Assembly (NCBI GenBank): GCA_963559965.1
Contig: CAUWNO010000001.1
Span: 1-38,194 of the forward strand
DNA from: an uncultured Lachnospiraceae bacterium
GTDB taxonomy: Bacteria; Bacillota; Clostridia; Lachnospirales; Lachnospiraceae
Direction of reading: 5' to 3'
Length of the DNA stretch: 38,194 nucleotides
Of this stretch, positions 37,995 to 38,194 are shown one piece after another. Every line of letters starts with the position of its first letter. The first letter of the stretch is position 1. The notes beneath the pieces are model-generated. The model had not been told where the DNA came from. It saw only the letters and a program-made list of their open reading frames with translations, and searched no databases. Made by a program: the position numbers and the translations under genes.

Positions 37995-38120
37995 CTTTTT
38001 TTCTGTAAATATCTCCTTTTAGAGTGCCAGCAATGACACTCTGTTTGTCATGCAGTTTTCAAGGTTCAAATATATCTGAAATGCATTTCTGCAATTCATT
38101 CAAAAACTTTCATTTTAGAC

Positions 38121-38126
38121 TTGACT
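38121..38126 (+). promoter_or_regulatory. -35 half of the IS circle-junction promoter
   Basis: TTGACT; after end joining it sits exactly 17 bp from TATTAT (36573-36578). Confidence 0.7.
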
Positions 38127-38140
38127 TTTAATAGTTAGTC

Positions 38141-38194
38141 TTATTTTACACTTTGTATATACTTTGACGCTTCCTGTGCAGCGATTGCTCCGTC
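38141..38194 (-). CDS. 3' end of a thioredoxin-reductase-like FAD oxidoreductase (partial)
   Basis: Minus-strand frame reads DGAIAAQEASKYIQSVK-stop (TAA 38143-38141), resembling the TrxB C-terminal GDGAIAA..A..Y; only 18 codons visible. Confidence 0.55.
   Translation of the reverse strand, partial: DGAIAAQEASKYIQSVK

Larger units (their letters stand above)
36569..38141 (+). mobile_element. Complete IS110-family insertion sequence bounded by CT cores, no terminal inverted repeats
   Basis: AT-rich relative to the flanks; DEDD recombinase; left junction TTTTATC-CT-CGTATTAT and right junction AGTTAGT-CT-TATTTT; host ORF resumes at 38141. Confidence 0.85.

Overview
Chromosomal window from a Clostridia-type (probably Lachnospiraceae-like) Firmicute, with nearly all genes on the minus strand. 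In transcription order (right to left): the last 18 codons of a thioredoxin-reductase-like gene; a complete ~1.57 kb IS110-family element on the + strand; a ~21 kb anaerobic cobalamin cluster (cbiL, cbiF, hemA, cbiH, hemC-cobA-hemD fusion, cobD, cbiP, cbiC, cobT, an NSS-family transporter, cbiD, cbiG, cbiJ-E-T fusion, cbiA, cobU, cobS, a short second CobU, cobC, cbiB, cobO) running into metA; the infC-rpmI-rplT operon with an L20 leader; two COG0523-like GTPases; AI-2E, DUF1653, MATE, Mrp and uracil-permease genes; a radical SAM/TIGR03915 pair behind two LexA-like boxes; hom; a stand-alone alarmone-hydrolase-like HD protein; and an aminotransferase. The most notable signal is the IS110. Its ends can be reconstructed by eye (CT core at 36569-36570 and 38140-38141), a sigma70 promoter appears only across the circle junction, and the left non-coding end folds into a bridge-RNA-like structure. 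One loop carries guides matching the element's own joined ends, and the other encodes a target (GTTTCTCCTTTCT) whose reverse complement is a Shine-Dalgarno-like sequence (AGAAAGGAG). All calls come from manual motif reading; no searches or folding programs were run.
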